Assembly (NCBI GenBank): GCA_001004345.1
Contig: LCQW01000006.1
Coordinates: 656 to 64,655, forward strand
DNA: 64,000 nt
Direction: 5' to 3'
Source of the DNA: Candidatus Kaiserbacteria bacterium GW2011_GWA2_52_12
Lineage (GTDB): Bacteria > Patescibacteriota > Minisyncoccia > Phycocordibacterales > UBA2100
Positions 9,203-17,698 of the stretch are shown piece by piece; positions within the stretch are counted from its first letter, which is position 1; each line of letters starts with the position of its first letter. The notes under the pieces were generated by a model. The model was given only the letters and a program-made list of their open reading frames with translations. It was not told where the DNA came from and did no database searches. The translations under genes and the position numbers were made by a program.

Positions 9203-10757
9203 TATTTTGAATTCTGTCCTTAATAATGTGTTTTTGCACCTTCCCCGTGGGCGATTTTGGCAGCTCTTTGTAAAAAATTACCTTTGAGGGGACCTTGAAG
9301 GGGGCGAGGGTACCGGAGCATGCCGCTTTTATCACTGCTTCCGTGACGTCATGGTGAGCAACTACAGCGGCGACCACCTCCTCTCCCGAGACCGCATGCG
9401 GAATACCGACCACGGCCACTTCACGCACCCCCTTGACCGCAGATATCACATCCTCTATCTCCCGCGGACTGATGTTAATGCCGCCACGGATAATAATATC
9501 TTTTTTCCGGTCGGTAATAAAGAGGCATCCTTCGGAATCGATATATCCTACATCGCCGGTATAAAACTTCCCCCCGCGAAAGCGCGCTGCAGTTTCCTCA
9601 GGATTTTTAAAATACCCGTCCGCCATATAGTCGCTTTTGACGACTATTTCTCCAGGGACTCCGATCGGACATTCTTTGCCCTCCTCATCCAGGATCCAGA
9701 CTGCACAGCCCGGGACGATTTTACCCACACCCGTACTGTCTTGAAGATAAGGCGTAATGGATGAGATAAAGAAGGTCTCGGAGAGCGCGAAGTTTTCATA
9801 CAGCTTTACGCCGTATCTATTTTCAAAAGCTGATCGCAGGGTGGGAGTGAGCGGGGACGTGCCCGTCAGTACATATTTTACGTGCTTGCGTGCGTATGTC
9901 TCTCCCACCTTTCCCCGATCCAGCGAGAGGATTATCGAGAGCATGGACGGCACGGGCCAAAGCGCGGTCACTTTGAATTTTTGTACCGTCTCCCAAAAAC
10001 GGAACGCCACACTGGCGTCGAATCCGGCATCGAGGACGACGCTTCCTTCCGCAAAAAATTGGAAAAGGAGTGTATTGTAGAGGCCGCCCAGATACCCCTG
10101 CGAAAACGTGCCCAGGAACCGCACGCCCGGGGGTATCCCCTGAATACGAGCGAACATTCGCCCGTTTCGGGCGATCCGACCGAATTGTATCGGCACTCCT
10201 TTTGGTCGGGACGTAGTACCGGACGTATAGATAACAGCGAGGATGTCACTATCGACTATCCCTTCGAACGATCGCTTAGCGATTGGTCGTTCTTTTTTAA
10301 TTTCTTCCCAAAAATCGTGCGATGGCACACCTTCATCGTGCAGCGCCTTTGAGTCAGCCGTGTAGCGAGGGCGTATCGTCACGATCTGCAGGCCTCCACG
10401 CCACGCATCGTACGTATGAAGTACCGGGGTCGTTATCAGAATATGTGGCTCTGACTCCGAAAGAAGGGTCGCAATTTCGCCGGGCTGCAGACGCTGATTG
10501 ATAGGGACGATCGCCGCTCCGATCTGCATGCAGGCAAAATACAGGATGGAGTACTCTATGGAATTCGGCAAAACGAAAGCGACACGATCGCCTTTTTGCA
10601 CTCCAAGGCAACGGAGAAAAGACGCGGCACGCAAGGAGCTCTCTTCGACTTCTCCGTACGTGAATTCCTTGCCGCTGCCGACGTCGATAAGAAAAACTTC
10701 TTTGCGGTTGCGACTGAAGATCTCGCGGTATATGTCGATCTGCTCGTTCTTTTTCAC
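9189..10757 (-). CDS. AMP-dependent synthetase/ligase (acyl-CoA or acyl-/aminoacyl-ACP ligase; adenylate-forming)
   Basis: YTSGTTSRPKGV AMP-binding motif and a TGD motif. Length 522 aa. Confidence 0.8.
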   Translation of the reverse strand: MKKNEQIDIYREIFSRNRKEVFLIDVGSGKEFTYGEVEESSLRAASFLRCLGVQKGDRVAFVLPNSIEYSILYFACMQIGAAIVPINQRLQPGEIATLLSESEPHILITTPVLHTYDAWRGGLQIVTIRPRYTADSKALHDEGVPSHDFWEEIKKERPIAKRSFEGIVDSDILAVIYTSGTTSRPKGVPIQFGRIARNGRMFARIQGIPPGVRFLGTFSQGYLGGLYNTLLFQFFAEGSVVLDAGFDASVAFRFWETVQKFKVTALWPVPSMLSIILSLDRGKVGETYARKHVKYVLTGTSPLTPTLRSAFENRYGVKLYENFALSETFFISSITPYLQDSTGVGKIVPGCAVWILDEEGKECPIGVPGEIVVKSDYMADGYFKNPEETAARFRGGKFYTGDVGYIDSEGCLFITDRKKDIIIRGGINISPREIEDVISAVKGVREVAVVGIPHAVSGEEVVAAVVAHHDVTEAVIKAACSGTLAPFKVPSKVIFYKELPKSPTGKVQKHIIKDRIQNNVKK

Positions 10758-11740
10758 ACAAGTAGCTTGCCCTCACGCATCAGTGGCACGTCATCGACCT
10801 CAACGGTGGGTTTGCGAATGACCATATCGAGATGAAAAGCCGTTTTATTTTTGCCGCCAATGGTCGCATTTGAGCCGAATCCGAAGTGCACGGTACCGAG
10901 GCATCCCTCATCTTCGAGCATGAGACCGCACAGCCGTGCGTCCGGATTGAGACCGATACCAAATTCTGCAAGCACGCGACGCTTAGGATCACGGACAAAG
11001 TCGATCAGCGTTTCGAGAATGCGGCCCTGTTTCGTCGTTCCGATAGTTGTGATCTTTCCGTCCTTGACGACGATACGAATGTCCTCGGAAAGAAGTCCTA
11101 TCGATTCGCAGGGAATACTGCCGTCAACGATAATTACACCATTACTTTTGGTCTCGACAGGCGCGATATTGGTCTCAATGTCCGGCGGCGACCCGAGCAT
11201 GCCCGGCTTGTCGCAAAATCCGGGCGCCCAATTAGCGATGCGTCTCTGAATCGCAAGCTCGAGATTCGTCCCCTTTTTGGTGCGAATGGTGATGCGGGTG
11301 CCCTTGTCTAATATGCGCTTGAGCCTCTTACCCATTTCCGCATGCGCATGAAAATCAACGGACAACGAGGGTTGTGATAATTGCTTCACGCCATAATCGG
11401 GCAAACTCAAGTATCGTGCTCCGCGCTTCGTCGCTTGAAATCGCGCCGTAGTATGCGCGAGCGAATATTTTGTAACTGCGAGTATGACATCGGCAATCGC
11501 CATCGCACGCACCACATTTTCCGGAGGTTCGATACAGTGCATAATCGACGCCGCCATATACTCAACGGCCACATGAGGGGTGGCGCCCTGTGCCGCTTTA
11601 TGAAGATAAGGTTCGATGGCACGTGTGCTTCCATCGAAAATCAGGAGGATGCGCTCGCCCTTTCGTGTCGTGGCGCACGATTCCACGAGCACGCGGGCAT
11701 GTTTTTGGAGGAGCTTTGAATTGCGTGTATTTTTTTTCAT
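10754..11740 (-). CDS. M29 (aminopeptidase T/AmpS)-family peptidase-like protein
   Basis: C-terminal GTVHFGFGSN...AFHLDMV resembles the AmpS HIAxG...HWDlv motifs. Length 328 aa. Confidence 0.45.
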   Translation of the reverse strand: MKKNTRNSKLLQKHARVLVESCATTRKGERILLIFDGSTRAIEPYLHKAAQGATPHVAVEYMAASIMHCIEPPENVVRAMAIADVILAVTKYSLAHTTARFQATKRGARYLSLPDYGVKQLSQPSLSVDFHAHAEMGKRLKRILDKGTRITIRTKKGTNLELAIQRRIANWAPGFCDKPGMLGSPPDIETNIAPVETKSNGVIIVDGSIPCESIGLLSEDIRIVVKDGKITTIGTTKQGRILETLIDFVRDPKRRVLAEFGIGLNPDARLCGLMLEDEGCLGTVHFGFGSNATIGGKNKTAFHLDMVIRKPTVEVDDVPLMREGKLLV

Positions 11741-11743
11741 ACG

Positions 11744-12127
11744 TTATGAAACGCAGACGATAGCGATCGCATACGTACGTGAATGAGCAAGACTTACGGA
11801 GGCACTACGCATACGCAACTTCGGACTAAAGAAGGTCATCCGCGGAACACCGTTTGTCTCGTTGAGGATCTCAACATCCCTGAGAAAGGGGGCGAGATGC
11901 GAATTAAGTTTCTTTGCGGCCGTGAGCGCTTTCCATGCGGCCTCTTTGGCCGCGAAGCGTGCGGCAAGATGGGAACCGGGATCGCTTTTCCCGAAGCAAT
12001 AGGTGAGTTCTCTCGGAGTAAAAATTGTTTTCAAGAATCGCTCATCTCGCGGCAATTTCTTCCCCCTGAAGCGTTTTATCTCCTCGATATCAACACCAAT
12101 ACCAAGCGGCGCTGCTATTTTTCCCAT
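11744..12127 (-). CDS. acpS: Holo-[acyl-carrier-protein] synthase (4'-phosphopantetheinyl transferase)
   Basis: GIGVDIEEIKRF and ARFAAKEAAWKAL motifs in a 127-aa protein. Confidence 0.8.
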   Translation of the reverse strand: MGKIAAPLGIGVDIEEIKRFRGKKLPRDERFLKTIFTPRELTYCFGKSDPGSHLAARFAAKEAAWKALTAAKKLNSHLAPFLRDVEILNETNGVPRMTFFSPKLRMRSASVSLAHSRTYAIAIVCVS

Positions 12128-12130
12128 ACG

Positions 12131-13285
12131 TCAGCTCGTTTTAGTGATGAGTGTTCGTATTGCATCGAGTCCCTTCTTGATACGCTCCGGAGATTCCGTA
12201 CCTATTCCGACGCGCAGGAAAGAATCTAGCGACTTGCCATAGCCCAGTCCCGGCACCGTGGCCACATGATCCTCCTTGAGGAGCCGTGTCGCGAATTCTT
12301 CGGAAGAGAGCTTGGACGGCACTATCGAGACAGTGAAGTAAAAGGTGCCCGTGCCCGGCAAGCGCTCGAGCCCGATCGAATCCATATAGCGGCCGATCTC
12401 TTTTCTCAAACTCAGTAATTTCTTGATCTGCGGGAATGTCTTTTTGAGGATAGCGTCGAGATATTTGATCACGTAGAGCTCTACCAGAGTGGCTGGGCAC
12501 GTAATGATGTGTTGGTTGAGCTTGAGGATCGCGTTGATGATCTTTTCATTGGCGATAACGTATCCGATGCGCAATCCCGACATACCCATATTCTTTGAAA
12601 GTGAGTTCACCACGATCACGCGTTCCTTTTTCTTGTCGAATATCGCCATCGAATGGAACGGCTCTTCGTCTACGAAATCGCTGTATGCTTCGTCGGAAAG
12701 AATATACAGGCCGCGGCGCTTCGCGAAATCGTAAAGCTGTTTAAGCTCTTTCTTCGAGTACACTTTTCCGCTCGGATTGTTGGGGTTGTTGATGATGACG
12801 GCTTTCGTGCGTTCAGTCACGTATTTGTTAATGTCCGCAACTCCTTCGTAATGCGGGACCATCATGGGGACAGCGTAGGACAGACGCACTTGCTCGGTAT
12901 AGCTCACCCACGCGGGTTCAAAGATAATGACCTCATCATCAGGACAAAGAATGGTGCGTAACGCCATGTAGATAACCGCCTTCGAACCGGCCGTCACGAG
13001 AACCTCCGTGTTCGGATCGGAACTGACGCCATACTGCTTCTCATAGAAGCGACTGATTTTTTCCCGCAGCTCGAAAATGCCGCGTGAATGCGAATAGTGG
13101 TAACCGCGCACATAGTCGAGATCCGTAAATGAATAGAACGGGATGTCGAAAAAAGACTCCCCGAGCGAGAGGACGATCACGTCCTTCTTTTTTCGCTGCA
13201 ATTCGTAGACGAGGTTGTTGTACCGTATCGATGACGCCTCGGCAATTGCCTCTACGAGCTGCGACAGTGGCAGGGTTTTCCTCAT
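12131..13285 (-). CDS. Class I/II PLP-dependent aminotransferase
   Basis: SLSKNMGMSGLRIGY PLP-lysine region. Length 384 aa. Confidence 0.75.
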   Translation of the reverse strand: MRKTLPLSQLVEAIAEASSIRYNNLVYELQRKKKDVIVLSLGESFFDIPFYSFTDLDYVRGYHYSHSRGIFELREKISRFYEKQYGVSSDPNTEVLVTAGSKAVIYMALRTILCPDDEVIIFEPAWVSYTEQVRLSYAVPMMVPHYEGVADINKYVTERTKAVIINNPNNPSGKVYSKKELKQLYDFAKRRGLYILSDEAYSDFVDEEPFHSMAIFDKKKERVIVVNSLSKNMGMSGLRIGYVIANEKIINAILKLNQHIITCPATLVELYVIKYLDAILKKTFPQIKKLLSLRKEIGRYMDSIGLERLPGTGTFYFTVSIVPSKLSSEEFATRLLKEDHVATVPGLGYGKSLDSFLRVGIGTESPERIKKGLDAIRTLITKTS

Positions 13286-13387
13286 ACAGGATTGAGCTTA
13301 CTTTATGTAAAGAACATAGGCAACTACCTTCCGAATCCTTATTTGGTTTTGAACCATGGACAAAAAATTGGGTCATCCAGCGTGTAA

Positions 13388-13660
13388 TCATCTTTTTTTA
13401 CGTTTTTTCTCAATGATCTCTGCGAGCCCGTCGATGGTCGCAAAACTCCTTTCCTGAAATTCTTCGTTAGAAAAATGAATCTCGAACTCATCTTCCAGTG
13501 CCGAAATGAGCGTGATGACACTGAGTGAATCGATCCAGCCTCTATCAAAATAGTTGTCTCCGGCGTGCCGCTCGACCTCCACTTCCCCACCCGCCACCTG
13601 ATGACCGAACCACTCTATGAGCCAGCGCCGTACATCCTGATGTTTCTGATTTTTTGACAT
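13388..13660 (-). CDS. Second small carrier protein (ACP/peptidyl-carrier-like)
   Basis: 90-aa acidic protein with a GWIDSLSVITLISALE serine attachment-site motif. Confidence 0.6.
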   Translation of the reverse strand: MSKNQKHQDVRRWLIEWFGHQVAGGEVEVERHAGDNYFDRGWIDSLSVITLISALEDEFEIHFSNEEFQERSFATIDGLAEIIEKKRKKR

Positions 13661-13731
13661 GACGGAATTGAAATATTTTTGACTTACTTCACAATTCTTA
13701 CTAAATGCGAACCCCGTGTCAATCGATGAAC

Positions 13732-14436
13732 TCAGGCTTCGATACCAATGATCTCGACCGGTGAGACGAACGGTCCGGTTACAAAAAAGAAACTGAGCTG
13801 TTTACCGTGAACTTCTGACCGCTCAATATCTGTCACCTCAAAACCCAATTCCCGTAACCGCTCTCTGTCACGACGAGGCGAAGTGCAGACGAGCGCGAAA
13901 TACATAAACCCATACGCGTCGAGGGAAAAGTGTTGGGGCAAAAAAGGATCCTCGACGAGATAGAAATGAAAGGCGTGATTTTGGAACGGAGATCGAAATT
14001 GCAACTCGCACCTACCCACATCCCTTGCCACGTGTTTACACCCCAACCCGTCCACCCACAAACGCGTACTCGCCGCGATGTTCGCGACCTTGATCACGAA
14101 CGACCGTGTCGGAGACCCATCACGCCGCAGGTTCGGGATCCTATCCGACCGCGTTTCAATATCCGTAAGTAACACATTATCAGTAATGGGAAAAATGAGC
14201 GAGAACACATCTTCAGATCGACCCTGCTCGATAACTTCTACGCTCATCGCCTCCGGAGCGTCAAAAAAAGAGATGTTGATCGTAGGCATCAGCTCCTTCA
14301 CGAACGGCCGCTTGATCTCAAGATTCCGAACTCCTCGATCTGTAAAACGCTCACGGTATCCAAGCTCCGAGAAAAGCCTTCGATACGGCTCGAGCATCGG
14401 AGAAGAGAATGTAACGTGGTCAAATTGACTTATCAT
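13732..14436 (-). CDS. Hypothetical protein (possibly a two-domain VOC/glyoxalase-like fold)
   Basis: ORF only; no confident motif. Confidence 0.25.
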   Translation of the reverse strand: MISQFDHVTFSSPMLEPYRRLFSELGYRERFTDRGVRNLEIKRPFVKELMPTINISFFDAPEAMSVEVIEQGRSEDVFSLIFPITDNVLLTDIETRSDRIPNLRRDGSPTRSFVIKVANIAASTRLWVDGLGCKHVARDVGRCELQFRSPFQNHAFHFYLVEDPFLPQHFSLDAYGFMYFALVCTSPRRDRERLRELGFEVTDIERSEVHGKQLSFFFVTGPFVSPVEIIGIEA

Positions 14437-14501
14437 ACGGATCTCTATTGAACTCGTCGCACGAGACCGGCTGCCTCAAGCGCGAACTTTCGGACATATC
14501 A

Positions 14502-16304
14502 CTACTGATTGATCGAATACACTTTGTAAAAATACGAATTTGTATTAGCGAGAAGTTCTTGAGGAGTGCCTGTTTCAACTACCTTTCCTTCAGAGAGAAC
14601 TATTAGCTGATCAGAATCCATGATGGTGGAAAGGCGATGCGCTATCGCTATGATAGTAAGCCGCCCCTTCAATTCTTCGATAACCCGCTTGATGTGCGCC
14701 TCGGATTCATTGTCGAGTGCGCTCGTCGCCTCGTCCAGAATGAGGATCTCCGGTCTGCGCGCGAGCGCGCGTGCTATGGTAATGCGCTGACGCTCACCTG
14801 CGGAGAGCAGGATGCCCCGCTCACCCACCATCGTGTCGAGCCCTTCGGGAGATTGTTTTATAAAATCGTCGATCTTCGCGTTCTTCGCCGCCTCCCAAAC
14901 AGCATCGTCGGTGATCGACTCATCGTAAAAACGGATGTTATTGCGAATAGTGTCCTGCAGCAAAAAGAAATCCTGCGAAACGTATGCCACCTTCTTGCGC
15001 CACTCCGGAAGCCGTATCTCCCTGCAATCGACGCCGTCGAGCGTAATTGCGCCTTGTGTTGGTTCGAGCAATCGCAACATAAGGTCGACGCTCGTCGTTT
15101 TCCCCGCACCCGACGGCCCTACTATCCCGACCATGTTTCCCTTCGGGATGGAGAACGAGATGCCGCGCAATATCTCTCTACCGCCTTCATAAGAAAACAG
15201 GACGTGATCGAATGAAAGTTCGTCCTTAAATGAGAAAGGTTGATCACCGCCGAGCGATTCCACCCGCTCACCCGCGTGCTCGGAAAAGTGGATAACGCGC
15301 TCCAAATGCGGCCCGAGCTCGCTCACATATTGAACCGTGTTCTGCAGCTGCTGCACGTAGGTAAAAATACGATAGATGAGATAAAGAATTGCCGGCAACG
15401 CCGCGAATGATATGAACGGTGTCTTGAATGAAAGTGCGAGTATCGCCGCAATGTATATGATGCCGATCGGAGCAACGGCTTGCATCGCGATCGCTTGAGT
15501 GAAGCCGATACGGTTGGTAATGGTCATGATATTTCCGAACAAGGTGTCGGCGAGAGAGATCGTCTTCCCTTCCACCCCGAACGCCTTTACGCTCTTCAAT
15601 CCGGCCACATGCTCTCCCACATGATGCATTGTGTCGCGATAGAGAAGCGTGCGCGAACGCGAACGATCACGCACTCGATCCATGAGCGGTCGAAGTCCGA
15701 CGAATGTGAGAGCACCAAGAAAGGCCGTGGACAGCATCACGGGCGCAGAGATAGAGAACGCGACAACGAGGTACATCAAGAGGCTCGTTATGAGCGGTAT
15801 CGCAGAACTGATCTTTGTAAGCACTTGGGTACTCGCCGGTACGTCTATCATGAGCGCCGTTTCGAGATTGCCGAGCTTCTGGCGCAGGAGATAGGGCCAC
15901 GATGAACGAATGAATATGTTGAAAAGTTTTGATTGCGTTGCGCGTAAGTATTCGTTTGAGATACGGATCTGGATGTAGCTTAAATACAGCGTAACGATCG
16001 CTTTTCCGATAAAAAGTACGACTATGAATGTCAGAATGTATCTTGGGAAGAATGGAACATGTATCCACGTGAAAAAATCTTTGATGTATACGGAGAGCGC
16101 ATCGGTCGCGGCGTCATGGAGACCGAGTACCGAGGACAAGAGCGGGATGACCGCGTTGATTCCTATACCCTCCAGAATGCCGCTGGCAAAGCCGAGTCCG
16201 GTGAGCGTAAGAATCTGCTTTTTATATGGTGCAAACGCTTTGCGAGCCAGTCGAGCAAGACTCGCCATTTGAGAGTATATATTTTGAGGTTCTGCCGTAT
16301 CCAT
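14502..16304 (-). CDS. ABC exporter, fused permease/ATPase (MsbA/PglK-like; candidate flippase or exporter for the glycan or its lipid-linked precursor)
   Basis: N-terminal 6-TM domain followed by GPSGAGKTT, LSAGERQRITIARAL and ILILDEATSALD motifs. Confidence 0.85.
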   Translation of the reverse strand: MDTAEPQNIYSQMASLARLARKAFAPYKKQILTLTGLGFASGILEGIGINAVIPLLSSVLGLHDAATDALSVYIKDFFTWIHVPFFPRYILTFIVVLFIGKAIVTLYLSYIQIRISNEYLRATQSKLFNIFIRSSWPYLLRQKLGNLETALMIDVPASTQVLTKISSAIPLITSLLMYLVVAFSISAPVMLSTAFLGALTFVGLRPLMDRVRDRSRSRTLLYRDTMHHVGEHVAGLKSVKAFGVEGKTISLADTLFGNIMTITNRIGFTQAIAMQAVAPIGIIYIAAILALSFKTPFISFAALPAILYLIYRIFTYVQQLQNTVQYVSELGPHLERVIHFSEHAGERVESLGGDQPFSFKDELSFDHVLFSYEGGREILRGISFSIPKGNMVGIVGPSGAGKTTSVDLMLRLLEPTQGAITLDGVDCREIRLPEWRKKVAYVSQDFFLLQDTIRNNIRFYDESITDDAVWEAAKNAKIDDFIKQSPEGLDTMVGERGILLSAGERQRITIARALARRPEILILDEATSALDNESEAHIKRVIEELKGRLTIIAIAHRLSTIMDSDQLIVLSEGKVVETGTPQELLANTNSYFYKVYSINQ

Positions 16305-16440
16305 CGCTATTACCGTACCACATTATTCGTAGATGGCCTTAGACCGTGACTGTGCCGAAAAAATATGACATCATCGAGAAAACGCACCATTCGTATGCTT
16401 CGAATGAAAGGTATCAAACCCCATGGCAAGCCCTGTACCC

Positions 16441-16542
16441 GTCCAAAAAACGCATGCGTTTTTTGGACTGTTCCGCGGCAAGCCGCGGGGTTTTCACCTT
16501 TGCTGCCTGCGTCGCTCGGAAATGAAAACAAGTTTTCATTTC
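16441..16542. promoter_or_regulatory. Cluster of three perfect palindromes in the SDR-to-ABC intergenic region: GTCCAAAAAACGCATGCGTTTTTTGGAC (16441-16468), CCGCGG-caag-CCGCGG followed by GGTTTT (16473-16494), and GAAATGAAAAC-aa-GTTTTCATTTC (16519-16542)
   Basis: Seen directly in the sequence. They lie between two same-direction minus-strand genes, so they are a candidate operator, terminator or small-RNA region. Confidence 0.5.
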
Positions 16543-16571
16543 ACTCACTATCCTCGGCAGATAAAAAATAA

Positions 16572-17261
16572 TCAAAGTGCGGTCACTTCCCCCGGTATGG
16601 CAATGGACGACGAGGGTTTATATGCGGCGGCATCGTTACATATGGTTTTGACAACATCTGCAACTGCTTCTGCGTTTGTCATGCCTGCGCCCGTCTTCTT
16701 GGCCAACATCTCAAGAATGGCCTGCGGCACGCCCTCATTCAACCCCCCCGCAATATATCCTGGAGCGACCGCATAGACCCGAATTTCTTTTTTTTCATTA
16801 TTTTGGGCAAGAATACGCAGAAAATTTCGAAGAGCCATCTTGGCGGGAATGTATGAACCCATCGGCATCGGCGTTGTGCCGGACTCGATGAGTTTCGTGG
16901 TGATACCAATAAATGCCGCTCCATTTTTCATATGCGGTAAGGCCGCGGCAGCTAGATTTTGAGCGCCATTGAGGGTAACTCTCATCTGTAAGTCCGACTC
17001 ACTTTTATCCTTACCCATGCTCGCCACCGCTGCATGAATACATGCATCTATTTGACCTGATGTTTGAATAATATTTTCAACAACAGAAGCTACCGCTCTT
17101 TGGTCTGTGATGTCGCATTTGTATATATCGTCGCCGGATTGAGTACTGGAGAGCACGGCGACACGCCAACCACTCTTCTTCAACGTCTTTACTATCGCAC
17201 TGCCAATGTGACCTGTCCCGCCCGTCATTACGGCAAGTGGCGCATTTTTATGCTCGATCAT
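16572..17261 (-). CDS. SDR-family oxidoreductase (ketoreductase, FabG-like)
   Basis: MTGGTGHIGSAIV Rossmann motif and YAVAPGYIAGG. Confidence 0.65.
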   Translation of the reverse strand: MIEHKNAPLAVMTGGTGHIGSAIVKTLKKSGWRVAVLSSTQSGDDIYKCDITDQRAVASVVENIIQTSGQIDACIHAAVASMGKDKSESDLQMRVTLNGAQNLAAAALPHMKNGAAFIGITTKLIESGTTPMPMGSYIPAKMALRNFLRILAQNNEKKEIRVYAVAPGYIAGGLNEGVPQAILEMLAKKTGAGMTNAEAVADVVKTICNDAAAYKPSSSIAIPGEVTAL

Positions 17262-17698
17262 ATGAGAACTTTTGTAAGAACACTGCCCTCTGCGACGATC
17301 TCATCGCCACGTTTTATTACGACACTGATTTCGAGGAGTTGTGCCGCATCAGTTTTGTGCGCGATTGTCCCCGACACGCGTACACTCTGCCCCACGTGAA
17401 CGGGTTTTTTGAATTCCAGGGTTTCTTTTACGAGGAGGCAGTATTTTCCGGGCAGTTGCATGCCAACGAGCCGCGATACAAGTACACCGAGATACATGCC
17501 GTGCACAACTATTTCTTTAAACTGCGTCGTCTTGGCATACGCCGCATCTGTATGCAATTCATTGTGATCGCCGGAAATATCGGCAAATGCTCGTACATCT
17601 TTTGCAGATATCGCGTGCTCAAAAAAAGCGTTTTCACCGACTGTGAACGATGCGTATGTTCTCACCGTTGAAGATCCTCTCATACGATCTTTATCCAT
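17258..17698 (-). CDS. MaoC-like (R)-specific enoyl-ACP/CoA hydratase/dehydratase (hot-dog fold)
   Basis: DHNELHTD and HGMYLGVLVSRLVGMQLPG hot-dog motifs. Length 146 aa. Confidence 0.65.
   Translation of the reverse strand: MDKDRMRGSSTVRTYASFTVGENAFFEHAISAKDVRAFADISGDHNELHTDAAYAKTTQFKEIVVHGMYLGVLVSRLVGMQLPGKYCLLVKETLEFKKPVHVGQSVRVSGTIAHKTDAAQLLEISVVIKRGDEIVAEGSVLTKVLI

Noticed and set aside
14637-15215. 192-aa plus-strand ORF inside the ABC transporter gene
   Set aside because: Antisense shadow ORF; the minus strand carries canonical Walker A, ABC-signature and Walker B motifs.
16365-16776. Small plus-strand ORFs (68 and 117 aa) in and beyond the SDR-ABC intergenic region
   Set aside because: Low-complexity translations that overlap the palindromic elements and the SDR gene. 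They are more likely non-coding regulatory DNA, and are reported instead as a palindrome cluster.
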